Below are positions 19,403 through 28,687 of a stretch of 64,000 nt of DNA, one piece after another. Under the pieces are notes generated by a model, which had not been told where the DNA came from, ran no database searches, and saw only the letters and a program-made list of their open reading frames with translations. The DNA lies in assembly GCA_963825635.1 (NCBI GenBank), contig CAWGTU010000003.1, positions 779,812 through 843,811 on the forward strand, given 5' to 3'. The position numbers were made by a program, and so were the translations under genes. Numbering within the stretch: position 1 is the first letter of the stretch; every line of letters starts with the position of its first letter. The DNA is from an uncultured Actinomycetes bacterium. GTDB taxonomy: Bacteria > Actinomycetota > UBA4738 > HRBIN12.

Positions 19403-20293
19403 ATGACGGTCGATCTGCCCGAACTCCGCAGCGCCGACGTCGACGGTCCGATCACCTACCGCGAATGGGCCGGCCCTGGGGAGACGACGTTCGTGCTCGT
19501 CCACGGGCTCGGCGGCTCGCACGTCAACTGGGTGCAGGTGGCTCCGGCCCTCGCGGGCCTCGGTCGCGTGATCGCCCTCGACCTCCCCGGGTTCGGCGCC
19601 TCGCCACGTGCGGGACGCGGCTCCGGCCTGATGGACGAGCGCCGGCTGATCTCGCGGTTCCTGGCGAGCCGTGAGAGCGGACGCGTCGTGCTGGTCGGGA
19701 ACTCGATGGGCGGCGTGATCGGCATCCTGCACGCGGCCGTGGAGCCCGATTCGCTCGCGGGCCTGGTGCTCACGAGCTCGCCGTTCCCGTGGGTTCGAGG
19801 GGCCCTCCCGCATCCGGCGGTGATCGCCGGATTCGCCGCCTACGATGCGCCCGGCCTCGGCCCGCTGGTACGCGAGACCCGCATGCGCCGCCTCGAGGCG
19901 GGGCGGGCGGTTCGCCTCGGTCTGCGGCTCATCACGGCCGATCCGCGTTCGATCCCCGATGAGGTCGTGCAGCTCATGGTCGATCAGATGAAGGAGCGTG
20001 CCCTCGACCCGGACGCGCCCGCAGCGTTCCACGACGCATGGCGGTCGCTCCGACGGCTCGGCCGCCGCCCCGACGTCGCGCGAAGGGCGATGGATGGTGT
20101 CCGGTGCCCGGTGTTCGTGCTTCACGGTCGACGCGACCGATTGGTGCCGGCCGCCCACGCCGAGGCTGCGCTGCGCGAGCACCCAGCGTGGCGCGGACGC
20201 ATCTTCCCCGATCTCGGCCACGTGCCGCAGATGGAAGCCCCGGGCAGATGGCTCGCCGAGGTCGCGGACTGGTACGCCGAGACGTACGCCTGA
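19403..20293 (+). CDS. alpha/beta hydrolase fold protein
   Basis: HGLGGS oxyanion region and nucleophile elbow GNSMGG are present. Confidence 0.75.
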   Translation: MTVDLPELRSADVDGPITYREWAGPGETTFVLVHGLGGSHVNWVQVAPALAGLGRVIALDLPGFGASPRAGRGSGLMDERRLISRFLASRESGRVVLVGNSMGGVIGILHAAVEPDSLAGLVLTSSPFPWVRGALPHPAVIAGFAAYDAPGLGPLVRETRMRRLEAGRAVRLGLRLITADPRSIPDEVVQLMVDQMKERALDPDAPAAFHDAWRSLRRLGRRPDVARRAMDGVRCPVFVLHGRRDRLVPAAHAEAALREHPAWRGRIFPDLGHVPQMEAPGRWLAEVADWYAETYA

Positions 20294-20294
20294 C

Positions 20295-21689
20295 TCAGGT
20301 CCGAGGCGCGGCGGCCGCCGCCTTCTCCAACTCGTCGATCGCGGTCTCGATGCCTCGCGCCAGCACGTCGACGTCGGGGAGCGAGTCCCAGTCGGCGGTG
20401 AGCCCGAACGCCATCGTTCCGGCGAGACTCGTGCACGCGACCGACAGGCCACTGCGCTCCCCGAGGGGCATCGCGGGATAGCTCGCGACGAGCGGCGCGC
20501 CCGCGAGGTACAGCGGCACTTGCGGCGCCGGCACGTTCGACACCACGAGGTTGAACCAGCGACCACGACTGGCGAGGCGCGCCGCCATCGCGTGGAGCGC
20601 TGGCGGCGCATACGCCCCGAGCCCGATGATCGAGTCGGCCCCCACGGCCATCGACGATTCCTTCAGCTGAGCGGTGGCGCGGCGCACTCGTTGCAGCCGC
20701 GTGCGCGCCCGGAGCCGCCCGACCGGCACGTCGACGAAGGCAGGGGCCACGCGGTTGCCCACCTCACCCTGCTCTGCTTTCGAACGGACCGACACCGGCA
20801 CCATGACCCTCAGGGTGTGTCCGCTCGTCTCCTCGCCCCGATGCTCGAGCAGATCATGCAGGCCGCCCGACACCGCCGTCAGCACGACGTCGTTCACGGT
20901 CCCTCCCAGGGCGTGCTTGATCTCACGGATCCGCTCGAACGAAGCCTCGGCCATCGCGAACCGTCTCGCCGGCCCGATCAGCGTGTCGAACGGGCCGGCC
21001 GGCGGGGCGCCCATGTCAACCACGTCGCGCACCCCCGAGAGCGTCTCGGCCACGGCCGCGAGCGTGCGGGCGGGGGCGCCCACGGCGTGGCCGATCGCCT
21101 CGAGGGGGTGCAGCACGAGATCCTGGGCCGCATCGCGCAAGAGATCGTCGCGCGTCGGGGGTGCCTCGGCCGTCCACGGCGTCCCCGGCGGGGTGCCGAT
21201 CTCGGCGTCGGGAGCGAGGTCGAACAGCGCGGAGGCGATCGCCATGCCGGAGATGCCGTCGGCGAGCGCATGATGCAGCTTCATGAGCACAGCCGTGCGG
21301 CGCTCGGCGAGGCCCTCGAAGACGTACAGCTCCCACAACGGCTTGGCGGGATCGAGCGGGCGCGAGAGCACACGTCCGACGGCGCGCTCCAGTTGGAACC
21401 GCCCGCCGGGCGTCGGGATCGCCGAGCGCCGCAGATGGAAGTCGAGGTCGAACCGGTCGTCGTCGACCCAGAGGGGCCGTGCGAGCCCGAACGGCACGCG
21501 CATCACGCGCTGTCGCAGCCTCGGCGCGAGGTGCAGCCGGGCCTCCACGACCCGCTGCACGTCGTCATAGGTCAGCGGCCCGTCGTCGCGAGGGTCGAAC
21601 ACCGAAACGCCCGCCACGTGCATGTGCACGGCCGGCGTCTCCAGGTACAGGAAGCTCGCATCGAGGCTCGTGAGTCGTTCAGGCGCCAT
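20295..21689 (-). CDS. wax ester synthase/diacylglycerol acyltransferase (WS/DGAT)
   Basis: Catalytic HHALADG motif and typical WS/DGAT length (464 aa). Confidence 0.85.
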   Translation of the reverse strand: MAPERLTSLDASFLYLETPAVHMHVAGVSVFDPRDDGPLTYDDVQRVVEARLHLAPRLRQRVMRVPFGLARPLWVDDDRFDLDFHLRRSAIPTPGGRFQLERAVGRVLSRPLDPAKPLWELYVFEGLAERRTAVLMKLHHALADGISGMAIASALFDLAPDAEIGTPPGTPWTAEAPPTRDDLLRDAAQDLVLHPLEAIGHAVGAPARTLAAVAETLSGVRDVVDMGAPPAGPFDTLIGPARRFAMAEASFERIREIKHALGGTVNDVVLTAVSGGLHDLLEHRGEETSGHTLRVMVPVSVRSKAEQGEVGNRVAPAFVDVPVGRLRARTRLQRVRRATAQLKESSMAVGADSIIGLGAYAPPALHAMAARLASRGRWFNLVVSNVPAPQVPLYLAGAPLVASYPAMPLGERSGLSVACTSLAGTMAFGLTADWDSLPDVDVLARGIETAIDELEKAAAAAPRT

Positions 21690-21771
21690 CGCGACGAGGG
21701 TACTCCGCGCCGAGGATGGCCGACGAGGCGTGCGAGCGTTCGGCGCGATGGCCGGTGCCGCGGCTCGGAGG

Positions 21772-22149
21772 CTAGAAGAGGGTCTCGATCGCCCGGGGCA
21801 CCAAGAATCGACCGATCGCGTAGGTCAGCACGAACGCGATCAGCGTGACATCCAGCCACCGGGATCGCAGCGCCTTGAACGCCCGCTCGCTGGGGCAGGC
21901 GTCACGGCGACGGCGCAGGCCGAGCCAGATCGCGACACCGGCGAACACGGCCCCGAGGATGAACGTGACGAACCGATAGCTGCTCATCGCGAGGAGGAAC
22001 GACCCGGCGCTCGCACCCATCGCCACGCCGACGGCCGGACCGATGCAACACACCGCGCCGATCACTCCGCCGGAGATGCCGGCCCAGATCGCGGGACGCG
22101 CCGGAGCACGGGTGTCCGGCGCTGGCTCGGAGGTGCGGTCCGCTTCCAT
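21772..22149 (-). CDS. MerT-like (mercuric transport protein family) small membrane protein, orphan
   Basis: 125 aa. The TM1 motif GAVCCIGPAV resembles the MerT CC(L/I)GP motif, and there are three hydrophobic segments. No merR, merP or merA nearby. The true start (ATG ending 22149) sits inside a longer spurious ORF. Confidence 0.45.
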   Translation of the reverse strand: MEADRTSEPAPDTRAPARPAIWAGISGGVIGAVCCIGPAVGVAMGASAGSFLLAMSSYRFVTFILGAVFAGVAIWLGLRRRRDACPSERAFKALRSRWLDVTLIAFVLTYAIGRFLVPRAIETLF

Positions 22150-22877
22150 CACGGCTGCTCGAGCTGGATGCGGATGCGCTTGTTCGCCTTGCCCTTCGAC
22201 TCCGTCTTCACGACCTTCACGCGTCCGACCTCCCCGCTCGAGGCGACATGCGTGCCCCCGTCCGCCTGCTTGTCGATACCCGTGATGTCGATCACGCGGA
22301 TCGGATCGACCGACGCCGGGATCAGTGAGACCTTCGTCCGGATCAGATCGGGGTCGGCGAGGGCTTCCTTCCGGGGAAGGAAGTGCACGAAGACCGGCAC
22401 GTCTTCCGCGAGACGAGCGTTCAGGCGCTGCTCGACCTCGTGACCGAACTCCTGGCTGATGCCGTCGAGCTCGAAGTCCATGCGCGCGACACCGCCGGAG
22501 TCCATGTTCCCGCCGGTGACCTTCGCGCCGAAGTCGTCGAAGACGACACCCGACAGGGCGTGAAGGGCGGTGTGGGTGCGCATGTGCTGGTAGCGCCGGT
22601 CCCAATCGATCTCGGCCGTGACACGCGAGCCGACCGTCGGTGCAGGGGTCGACGGGCCTACCACGTGCACGATCTCGCCGTCGTCGCGCGACTTCGACGT
22701 GTCGGCCACCGCACACTCGCCGCCGTCCCATCTGAGGGTGCCCGAGTCACCTGGCTGACCCCCACCGCGTGGGTAGAACACGGTGCGGTCGAGGACCACG
22801 CCGTCATCGCGCACGGCGACGACGGTCGCGTCGCAGGTGCGGAGGTACGCGTCGCGGGAGAACAGGTCATCGGTCAT
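22149..22877 (-). CDS. AlaX-like misacylated-tRNA(Ala) editing protein (alanyl/threonyl-tRNA synthetase second additional domain)
   Basis: Zn-binding motifs HTALH and CGGTH are present. The stop overlaps the MerT-like start by 1 nt. Confidence 0.7.
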   Translation of the reverse strand: MTDDLFSRDAYLRTCDATVVAVRDDGVVLDRTVFYPRGGGQPGDSGTLRWDGGECAVADTSKSRDDGEIVHVVGPSTPAPTVGSRVTAEIDWDRRYQHMRTHTALHALSGVVFDDFGAKVTGGNMDSGGVARMDFELDGISQEFGHEVEQRLNARLAEDVPVFVHFLPRKEALADPDLIRTKVSLIPASVDPIRVIDITGIDKQADGGTHVASSGEVGRVKVVKTESKGKANKRIRIQLEQP

Positions 22878-22971
22878 GCAGGGACGCTATCGCAGGTCGG
22901 GCAGTGAGGCTCGGTTGCCGCGCGTCGTCGGCGAACGCGACGACGTCGACGGACGAGCCCGCCGTGCGCCA

Positions 22972-23895
22972 TCAGACGTTCGGCTCCGCCGTTCGAGTCG
23001 TTCGCACGACCGATGCGATCACGGCGCCCACCAGGATCAGCGCACCCCCGGCTGCGACCGTCGCCGTGATCGGCTCGTCGAGGAAGATCGCCGCGAGCAC
23101 GGCGACCGTGAGCGGTTCCATCACGCCGATGATCGCGTTGCGGACGGCACCGACGCGCTGGAGACCTGCGAGCATCGTGGCGAACGCGCCCGCCGACACG
23201 AGCACGATCGCCGCGAGTCGCGCCGGGGTCGCGCCCGCCGGAAGCACGAACGAGCCGAGCACGACCGCGAAGAGGACGTTCGAGGTCGCCGCCCCGGCGC
23301 CCAGCCACCCGGCGGCCGTGACCGGATCCGTGCGGCGAACGTGGCGGTCGGTGCCCACGAGATAGGCGGTGTAGACGATCGACGTCGCAAGCGCGAGCGC
23401 GATGCCGAGCGGCTCGACGTCGGTCTCCCCGCCCCCGCCCAGCACGACGATCGCGCTCCCACCGATCGCGAGCGCGAGGGCGACGAACAACGGTGGAGAC
23501 GGGGCGCGCCGGTCGAGCGCGATCGTCGCCAGCATCACCCAGACCGGATACGTGTAGAAGAGCAATGTGACCGCCGCCGCCGATCCGTGGTTCAAGGCCG
23601 AGAAGTAGAGGGCCGCCTCGGTGCCGTAGCCGAGCGTGCCGGCAAGCACGAGAGCGAGGCGCTCGCCCGGCGCAGGCAGGCCCGGCCGCCGCAGCACCAG
23701 GGCGAGTCCGAGCAGCAGCACCGACTGTCCGCCGAAGCGGATCGCCAGCGTGACGAACGGCGGTCCGCCGGCCTGCACCTTCGAACCGAGGATCACGACC
23801 CCGGCGAAGAGCACCGCCATCGCGACCGACATCGCCGAGCCGATCAGTTCGCCTCGGCGGTCGACCGCACGCCTCGTCGCGGCGACCTCGCTCAT
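22972..23895 (-). CDS. EamA/DMT family transporter
   Basis: About 10 TM segments with two-EamA-repeat topology. Start set at MSEVAATRR (ATG ending 23895) inside a longer Arg/Gly-rich spurious extension. Confidence 0.7.
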   Translation of the reverse strand: MSEVAATRRAVDRRGELIGSAMSVAMAVLFAGVVILGSKVQAGGPPFVTLAIRFGGQSVLLLGLALVLRRPGLPAPGERLALVLAGTLGYGTEAALYFSALNHGSAAAVTLLFYTYPVWVMLATIALDRRAPSPPLFVALALAIGGSAIVVLGGGGETDVEPLGIALALATSIVYTAYLVGTDRHVRRTDPVTAAGWLGAGAATSNVLFAVVLGSFVLPAGATPARLAAIVLVSAGAFATMLAGLQRVGAVRNAIIGVMEPLTVAVLAAIFLDEPITATVAAGGALILVGAVIASVVRTTRTAEPNV

Positions 23896-24752
23896 CCGTC
23901 GCCCTGAAGGAATCTGCTGACACGGTCGACCAGCAACGGGATCGACGTGAGCAGCTCGTCCTCGGATGCCAGCACGATCGCCTCGGCGTGGGGCATCACC
24001 TCTGCCAGGCCCCGGGCCACCGTAGCGGGGTGGATCGAGTCGCCCTCGCGGCCGATCACGAGCGCCGGCGCGCTCAGATCGGCCAGGGCCGAGAACGAGG
24101 GAACGGCGACGTCCCGCACGATCTCCCGGATCGCACGCGCCACGCCGGTCGGGTTCATGTCCTGCCACAAGAGCAGGTCGAACTCACGCAGCCCGGGCTG
24201 CGCCTGGTAGTTCCCGGCGCGTCCCGACTCCCGCAGGATCGCCTCGATCGCCTCGTCGCGCGGCAGCGTCTCGAGGAGCTCTGCGGTGCGCTCGAACAGA
24301 GGCGTCGCTCCGATCGGGCCTTCGAGTGCTGAGGGCAGCAAGAACACCATCCGCTCGAACCGATCGGGCTCTCGCGCGAGCAGGTGCGCGAGTGCCCCGG
24401 CGCCGAGCGACGTGCCCACCGCGCAGGTCGCGTTCGTCTCGCGAGCGACGGCGTCGAGGTCGCGGGCGAAGTCTGCGTATCGATAGGAGCCCGCCTCGGG
24501 TGTGCTCGAGTGCCCATGGCCGCGGAAGCAGAACCGTACCTTCGTTCCGGGAGCCATCGGCGTGAACGCGGCGAGCTCCATGCACGAGTTCGTCAACCCG
24601 TGGGCGAACACCGTGGTGGGCTCGCCCGAACCCTCGATCTCGATGTGGAGCACGGCGTCGCGGGTCCGCAGCTCAGGCACCGATCGGCTCTCGCTCACGC
24701 ATCGGACCCGAGGGTACGATGCGTCTACGATGCACGGCGAAGCAACGGCCAT
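23892..24752 (-). CDS. alpha/beta hydrolase
   Basis: HGLTNS oxyanion region and GTSLGA nucleophile elbow are present. The stop overlaps the EamA start (ATGA). The start is uncertain, between 24698 and 24752. Confidence 0.6.
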   Translation of the reverse strand: MAVASPCIVDASYPRVRCVSESRSVPELRTRDAVLHIEIEGSGEPTTVFAHGLTNSCMELAAFTPMAPGTKVRFCFRGHGHSSTPEAGSYRYADFARDLDAVARETNATCAVGTSLGAGALAHLLAREPDRFERMVFLLPSALEGPIGATPLFERTAELLETLPRDEAIEAILRESGRAGNYQAQPGLREFDLLLWQDMNPTGVARAIREIVRDVAVPSFSALADLSAPALVIGREGDSIHPATVARGLAEVMPHAEAIVLASEDELLTSIPLLVDRVSRFLQGDG

Positions 24753-25029
24753 CGAGATCTCGCGCAGCGACGTCGAGCACGTGCTCTCACGCTTCCGCGT
24801 GCGACTCACCGATGTCGACGGTTCGACGACCGAACACGACGTGACGATGTCGCGGGCCGAATGGGAGCGGTTCGGGACCGGCTACCGGACGCCCGAGGCG
24901 CTGATCGAGGCGTCGTTCCGGTTCCTGCTGGCCCGCGAACCGAAGGAGCAGATCCTCGGCGCGTTCGGCCTCGGGTTGATCCCCCGCTACTTCCCCTCGT
25001 TCGGGCGCGACATCGAACCGCCGGACTGA
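24730..25029 (+). CDS. hypothetical protein (99 aa)
   Basis: ORF from ATG 24730 (MHGEATAIEISRSDVEHV...). No family was recognised. It sits just upstream of the large membrane protein gene on the opposite strand. Confidence 0.3.
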   Translation: MHGEATAIEISRSDVEHVLSRFRVRLTDVDGSTTEHDVTMSRAEWERFGTGYRTPEALIEASFRFLLAREPKEQILGAFGLGLIPRYFPSFGRDIEPPD

Positions 25030-25032
25030 CGC

Positions 25033-28000
25033 TCAGTCGACCTCTGCCGGCACCACGGTCTCGCCGTCGATCTCGATCAGGTCGTCCTGCGGGGCGAACT
25101 GATCGCGGATGCGCCTTGCCCAGGCCGCGACGAGCGCGGTCAGGCCGAGGAACACCACGCCGGAGACGAGCAGGATCGACCGCGTGGTGACCTCGCTGTC
25201 CTCGGTCCAGAGCAGGAAGAGGATCAGCGCCGGCACGATGTACCCGAGGTTGTAGGCGATGTCGAACAACGCGAAGGCCCGGCCTCGGAAGTCGTCGGGC
25301 ATCGTCTGCTGCATGATCGTGTCGGCCGAGATCTTGCCGACGAAGAACGAGAAGAAGCCGATGAACAGCATCGCGGCGAACCCGGCCACCGAGACGAACA
25401 CCCCGCCCACGATCGTGCCGATGCCGAGCAGCACCATCGACATCAGCAACAGGCGCACGGGGGGCACCCGGTCCTTGAACGTCTGGGCCACGACCATGCC
25501 GAGCGCGCCACCGACCAGGCCGCCCATGCCCGAGAGCACCAGCGAGATCGTGTCGGAGTCCCCGCCGGCCACGAGGTTCTTCGCATAGAGACCGAAGACG
25601 AACAACCCGAACCCCCAGAACTGGTAGCGCAACATCTGGAACGACGACAGCCCGAGCGCCGCCGGCGCCCGGCCCGCGACCTCCTTCAGGCCGGCCACGA
25701 TGTTGCGGACCACCTGGGATGCCTCTTGCGTGAACGTCGTCTCGTGCGGGCGGAGCTCGGCGTGCCGCAGCTGCTTCGCCACGAACGCGCCGACCAGCAG
25801 GACGGCGGCGCCGACGACGACGGGCACGAACGGGGGCACGAAGCCGGCGAGCGCGCCCCCGAACACGATGCCGAAGATCTGCGCGAGGGCGCCACCTGCC
25901 TGCGACAGGCCATTGCCTTGCAGCAGGTCCTTCCCCGAGAGCACGTCGGGGACCGCCGCGGACTTCACGGCGAGGGCGATGCGCACGCACGCCTGCACCG
26001 CGAGCAGCCCCACGATCAGCGCCGCGGTCGCGAGGGCGTTGCCCTCGGTCGTGTCGGATCCGAGCGGCACGAGCACCGCGAGCGCCACGATCACGACCAC
26101 GACGGCGGTTGCCACGTCGGCCCACCAGACGACCCGTCGGCGCGGGAAGCGGTCGATGAACACGCCGACGAACGGCGAGATCAGCGTGTAGGGAACGTAG
26201 AGGGCGAGCACGACGGTGAGCAGGTAGTCGGCCGACGGCAGGTTCTGCACGTCGAAGCCTTCCTGTCCGCCGAACGCGAGCGACTTCGCGATCGCGCCCT
26301 GCACGACGCCCTGCCCGGCTTGGGCCAGGTACTGCACGCCCATCAGCACCGAGAAGTCCCGATTCGAGAAGGCAGCGAACATCGCGTTGAAGAAGCCGGC
26401 GAGCGAATCGAGGGGCTTGCGCAGCCACGCGTCGGCCACCCGCAGCGCAGCGCCGATGCCGATCGCGACGGCGACGACCGTCCACCCCTTCGCGACGCTG
26501 AGCGGGCCGCGCCACACCGCGAGCACGGCGATGCCGGCGAGCAGGACGAGCACGACCGACATGCCGGGGATCAGCGCGATCCGATCGACCGTGGTACGGA
26601 TGCCGAGCCAGTTCGACGCGAGCCACCCCGGCACGATCAGGAGCAGGGCGAGCAGGGCGATCACGAGCAGGTTCTGCGGCAGATTCTCGAGCGGGCCAGG
26701 ATGCGCCTCGAACTTGGCGGCTTCCTCGGCGGCCGCGGCCTGGGCGCGCTCGACGACGTCGGCGGGCGGCGCCCAGAGCCCCTCGCCCTCGATCACGTAG
26801 ACGTCGGGTCCGACCTCGACCCCCTGCGACGTGGCCGCCTCGAGGTTCTGCTGCTCGATGTCGGCCGAGCAATCGTCGACGCCGTTGCACAGACCTCCGT
26901 AGTACTGCCCGATCAGGAACACGACCGGCGGCTCGCTGAGCTCCTCGAACCTCGGCTCGAAGTCGTCGGCCAGCTTCTCATCAGGGTCGCAGAGGGCCTT
27001 CTCGCCCCCGAACGCCTCGCACCAATGTGCCGTCGCGGCGTCGGTGTAGCCCTCGCTGCCGACGGTCGAGGTGGTGCGCTCGCCCGCGAGGAAGTTCTCG
27101 AGCGTGCCGAGGTAGGTGACCGAGCGCTCGATCGTCTCCCCCGGCAGTCCCGTGCGGAAGACGTTCGTGTAGGTCTTCGCCCAGCCGTACGCGGTGTTCG
27201 TATCGGTGGCAGGATCGTCGGTGTCGCCGTAGTTCACGACGAGCACGTTCGCCCGCTCGCCGGCCGCATCGACCACCTCGTTGACGGCGGCGAGCGAGGT
27301 GCGCACCTGCTGGTTCGCCCACTGATTCGTCTCACTCACCCAGCGGTTCTCGACGCCGTCGAACAGGACGTACCCCAGCGAGGCGACCACGAGGATCGAG
27401 CCGAGCGCCCCGGCGACCATCGCCGCACCGTGGCGGCCGCGGAGCAGCCACCGGATCGCGACGAACGCGCCGAGACCGACGAGCGCCATCGGGGCAGCGC
27501 TCGCGTTCATGAAGCGGTAGTACGGGAGGGCCGCACCCGTGAACACGGACGCCGCGCCGGCGAACGCCACCAGCCACCAGATCGACACCTGGTCTTCGGT
27601 ACGAGCCGGCTCCCGGGTGCGGCGCGAGAGCAGGATCGTCGAGACGATCGCGATCAGGATGAAAGGCACGATCACGATCGGCTGCAGCGACGTCACCCAT
27701 TCGACGAGTCGATCGGTGAAGAACTCCGCGCTGTAGGGCGGCGGCAAGGCGGCTTCCGCGAGGCTCGCCGGCTTCCCCCAGATGCCGACGACCCACATCG
27801 CGAGACCGGCGATCATGCCGAAACCGACGGACATCAGCATCGGGGCGTCGGCCCGCAGCGCGGCCCCGAAGGAGAACCGACTCGTCAGGAAGTGGAAGCC
27901 GAACACCGCCATCAGCACCGCGCCGAAGATCACGCACGTCGTCGGATGCGTGAACGCCGCGGCGATGCCGATCAGGAACAGCGCCGTCCTCGCGCCCCAC

Positions 28001-28563
28001 GACGTGCGGGCCTCGTGGACGAACGGGATCATCAGCGCCAGCAGGAACAGCACCGTGATGTTGTCGAGGTAGCCCACGTACGGCGTCGTCAGGAAGAGGG
28101 CCACCGTGGCGAGCAGCGTGGTCAGCACCACGAGCGGATCACGGCGGCTCCGGAACAGGGCCGCCCCGAGGGCGAGCCCGGTGAGGATGGGGATGCCGAT
28201 CATCAGGTACGCGCTGAACGTGTATCGGTCGATGCCGACGACCTGTTGCAGCAACGCCCCGGCGAGCGGCACGGTCACGCGGTAGCCGCCGGCGAACAGT
28301 CCGTTCGGGCCCCACTCCTCGGCCACGCGCACCGGGTCGGCCTCGAGGATCACCTGGGCACGCCACGTGTACCAGGCGGGGTCACGCGTCGGCGCGGACA
28401 GGCTCGGGTCGGCGAGGAACTTCCAACCGAGCACCAACAGCATCAGCAGGGCGAACCCGCCGACCATCCACCACGACCCGAGCCAGCGCGGGCCCGAGCC
28501 TGGGCTCGAGTCGGGCAAGGGCGGCTCGCCCGCCGGTGCCTTCACGGTGTCGGTCGCAGCCAT
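25033..28563 (-). CDS. large fusion membrane protein: N-terminal polytopic domain + Cys-containing extracytoplasmic domain + C-terminal MFS transporter domain
   Basis: 1176 aa. Residues ~1-400 contain about 10 TM helices. Residues ~400-640 are a soluble segment with paired cysteines (HWCEAFGGEKALC, LCNGVDDC). Residues ~650-1170 form a 12-14 TM MFS-like domain with a DRFPRRR motif-A-like loop. Domain assignment is from sequence features only. Confidence 0.65.
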   Translation of the reverse strand: MAATDTVKAPAGEPPLPDSSPGSGPRWLGSWWMVGGFALLMLLVLGWKFLADPSLSAPTRDPAWYTWRAQVILEADPVRVAEEWGPNGLFAGGYRVTVPLAGALLQQVVGIDRYTFSAYLMIGIPILTGLALGAALFRSRRDPLVVLTTLLATVALFLTTPYVGYLDNITVLFLLALMIPFVHEARTSWGARTALFLIGIAAAFTHPTTCVIFGAVLMAVFGFHFLTSRFSFGAALRADAPMLMSVGFGMIAGLAMWVVGIWGKPASLAEAALPPPYSAEFFTDRLVEWVTSLQPIVIVPFILIAIVSTILLSRRTREPARTEDQVSIWWLVAFAGAASVFTGAALPYYRFMNASAAPMALVGLGAFVAIRWLLRGRHGAAMVAGALGSILVVASLGYVLFDGVENRWVSETNQWANQQVRTSLAAVNEVVDAAGERANVLVVNYGDTDDPATDTNTAYGWAKTYTNVFRTGLPGETIERSVTYLGTLENFLAGERTTSTVGSEGYTDAATAHWCEAFGGEKALCDPDEKLADDFEPRFEELSEPPVVFLIGQYYGGLCNGVDDCSADIEQQNLEAATSQGVEVGPDVYVIEGEGLWAPPADVVERAQAAAAEEAAKFEAHPGPLENLPQNLLVIALLALLLIVPGWLASNWLGIRTTVDRIALIPGMSVVLVLLAGIAVLAVWRGPLSVAKGWTVVAVAIGIGAALRVADAWLRKPLDSLAGFFNAMFAAFSNRDFSVLMGVQYLAQAGQGVVQGAIAKSLAFGGQEGFDVQNLPSADYLLTVVLALYVPYTLISPFVGVFIDRFPRRRVVWWADVATAVVVVIVALAVLVPLGSDTTEGNALATAALIVGLLAVQACVRIALAVKSAAVPDVLSGKDLLQGNGLSQAGGALAQIFGIVFGGALAGFVPPFVPVVVGAAVLLVGAFVAKQLRHAELRPHETTFTQEASQVVRNIVAGLKEVAGRAPAALGLSSFQMLRYQFWGFGLFVFGLYAKNLVAGGDSDTISLVLSGMGGLVGGALGMVVAQTFKDRVPPVRLLLMSMVLLGIGTIVGGVFVSVAGFAAMLFIGFFSFFVGKISADTIMQQTMPDDFRGRAFALFDIAYNLGYIVPALILFLLWTEDSEVTTRSILLVSGVVFLGLTALVAAWARRIRDQFAPQDDLIEIDGETVVPAEVD

Positions 28564-28687
28564 CGAGCAGATCCCTTCAGATCGTGGGGGAAAGAGTCAT
28601 TCGGGCAGCCCACGACCACGCCGGGGCCATGGGGACCGACACAGGATAGACGAGCCGCACCCCCCTGCCTCGGAAGCGCCGGCCGCC

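Noticed and set aside
21772-22731. 319-aa ORF as a single gene
   Set aside because: The N-terminal 190 codons are Arg/Gly-rich with no RBS. Only the C-terminal 125 codons (the MerT-like membrane protein) look genuine, and that start is tightly coupled to the AlaX-like stop.
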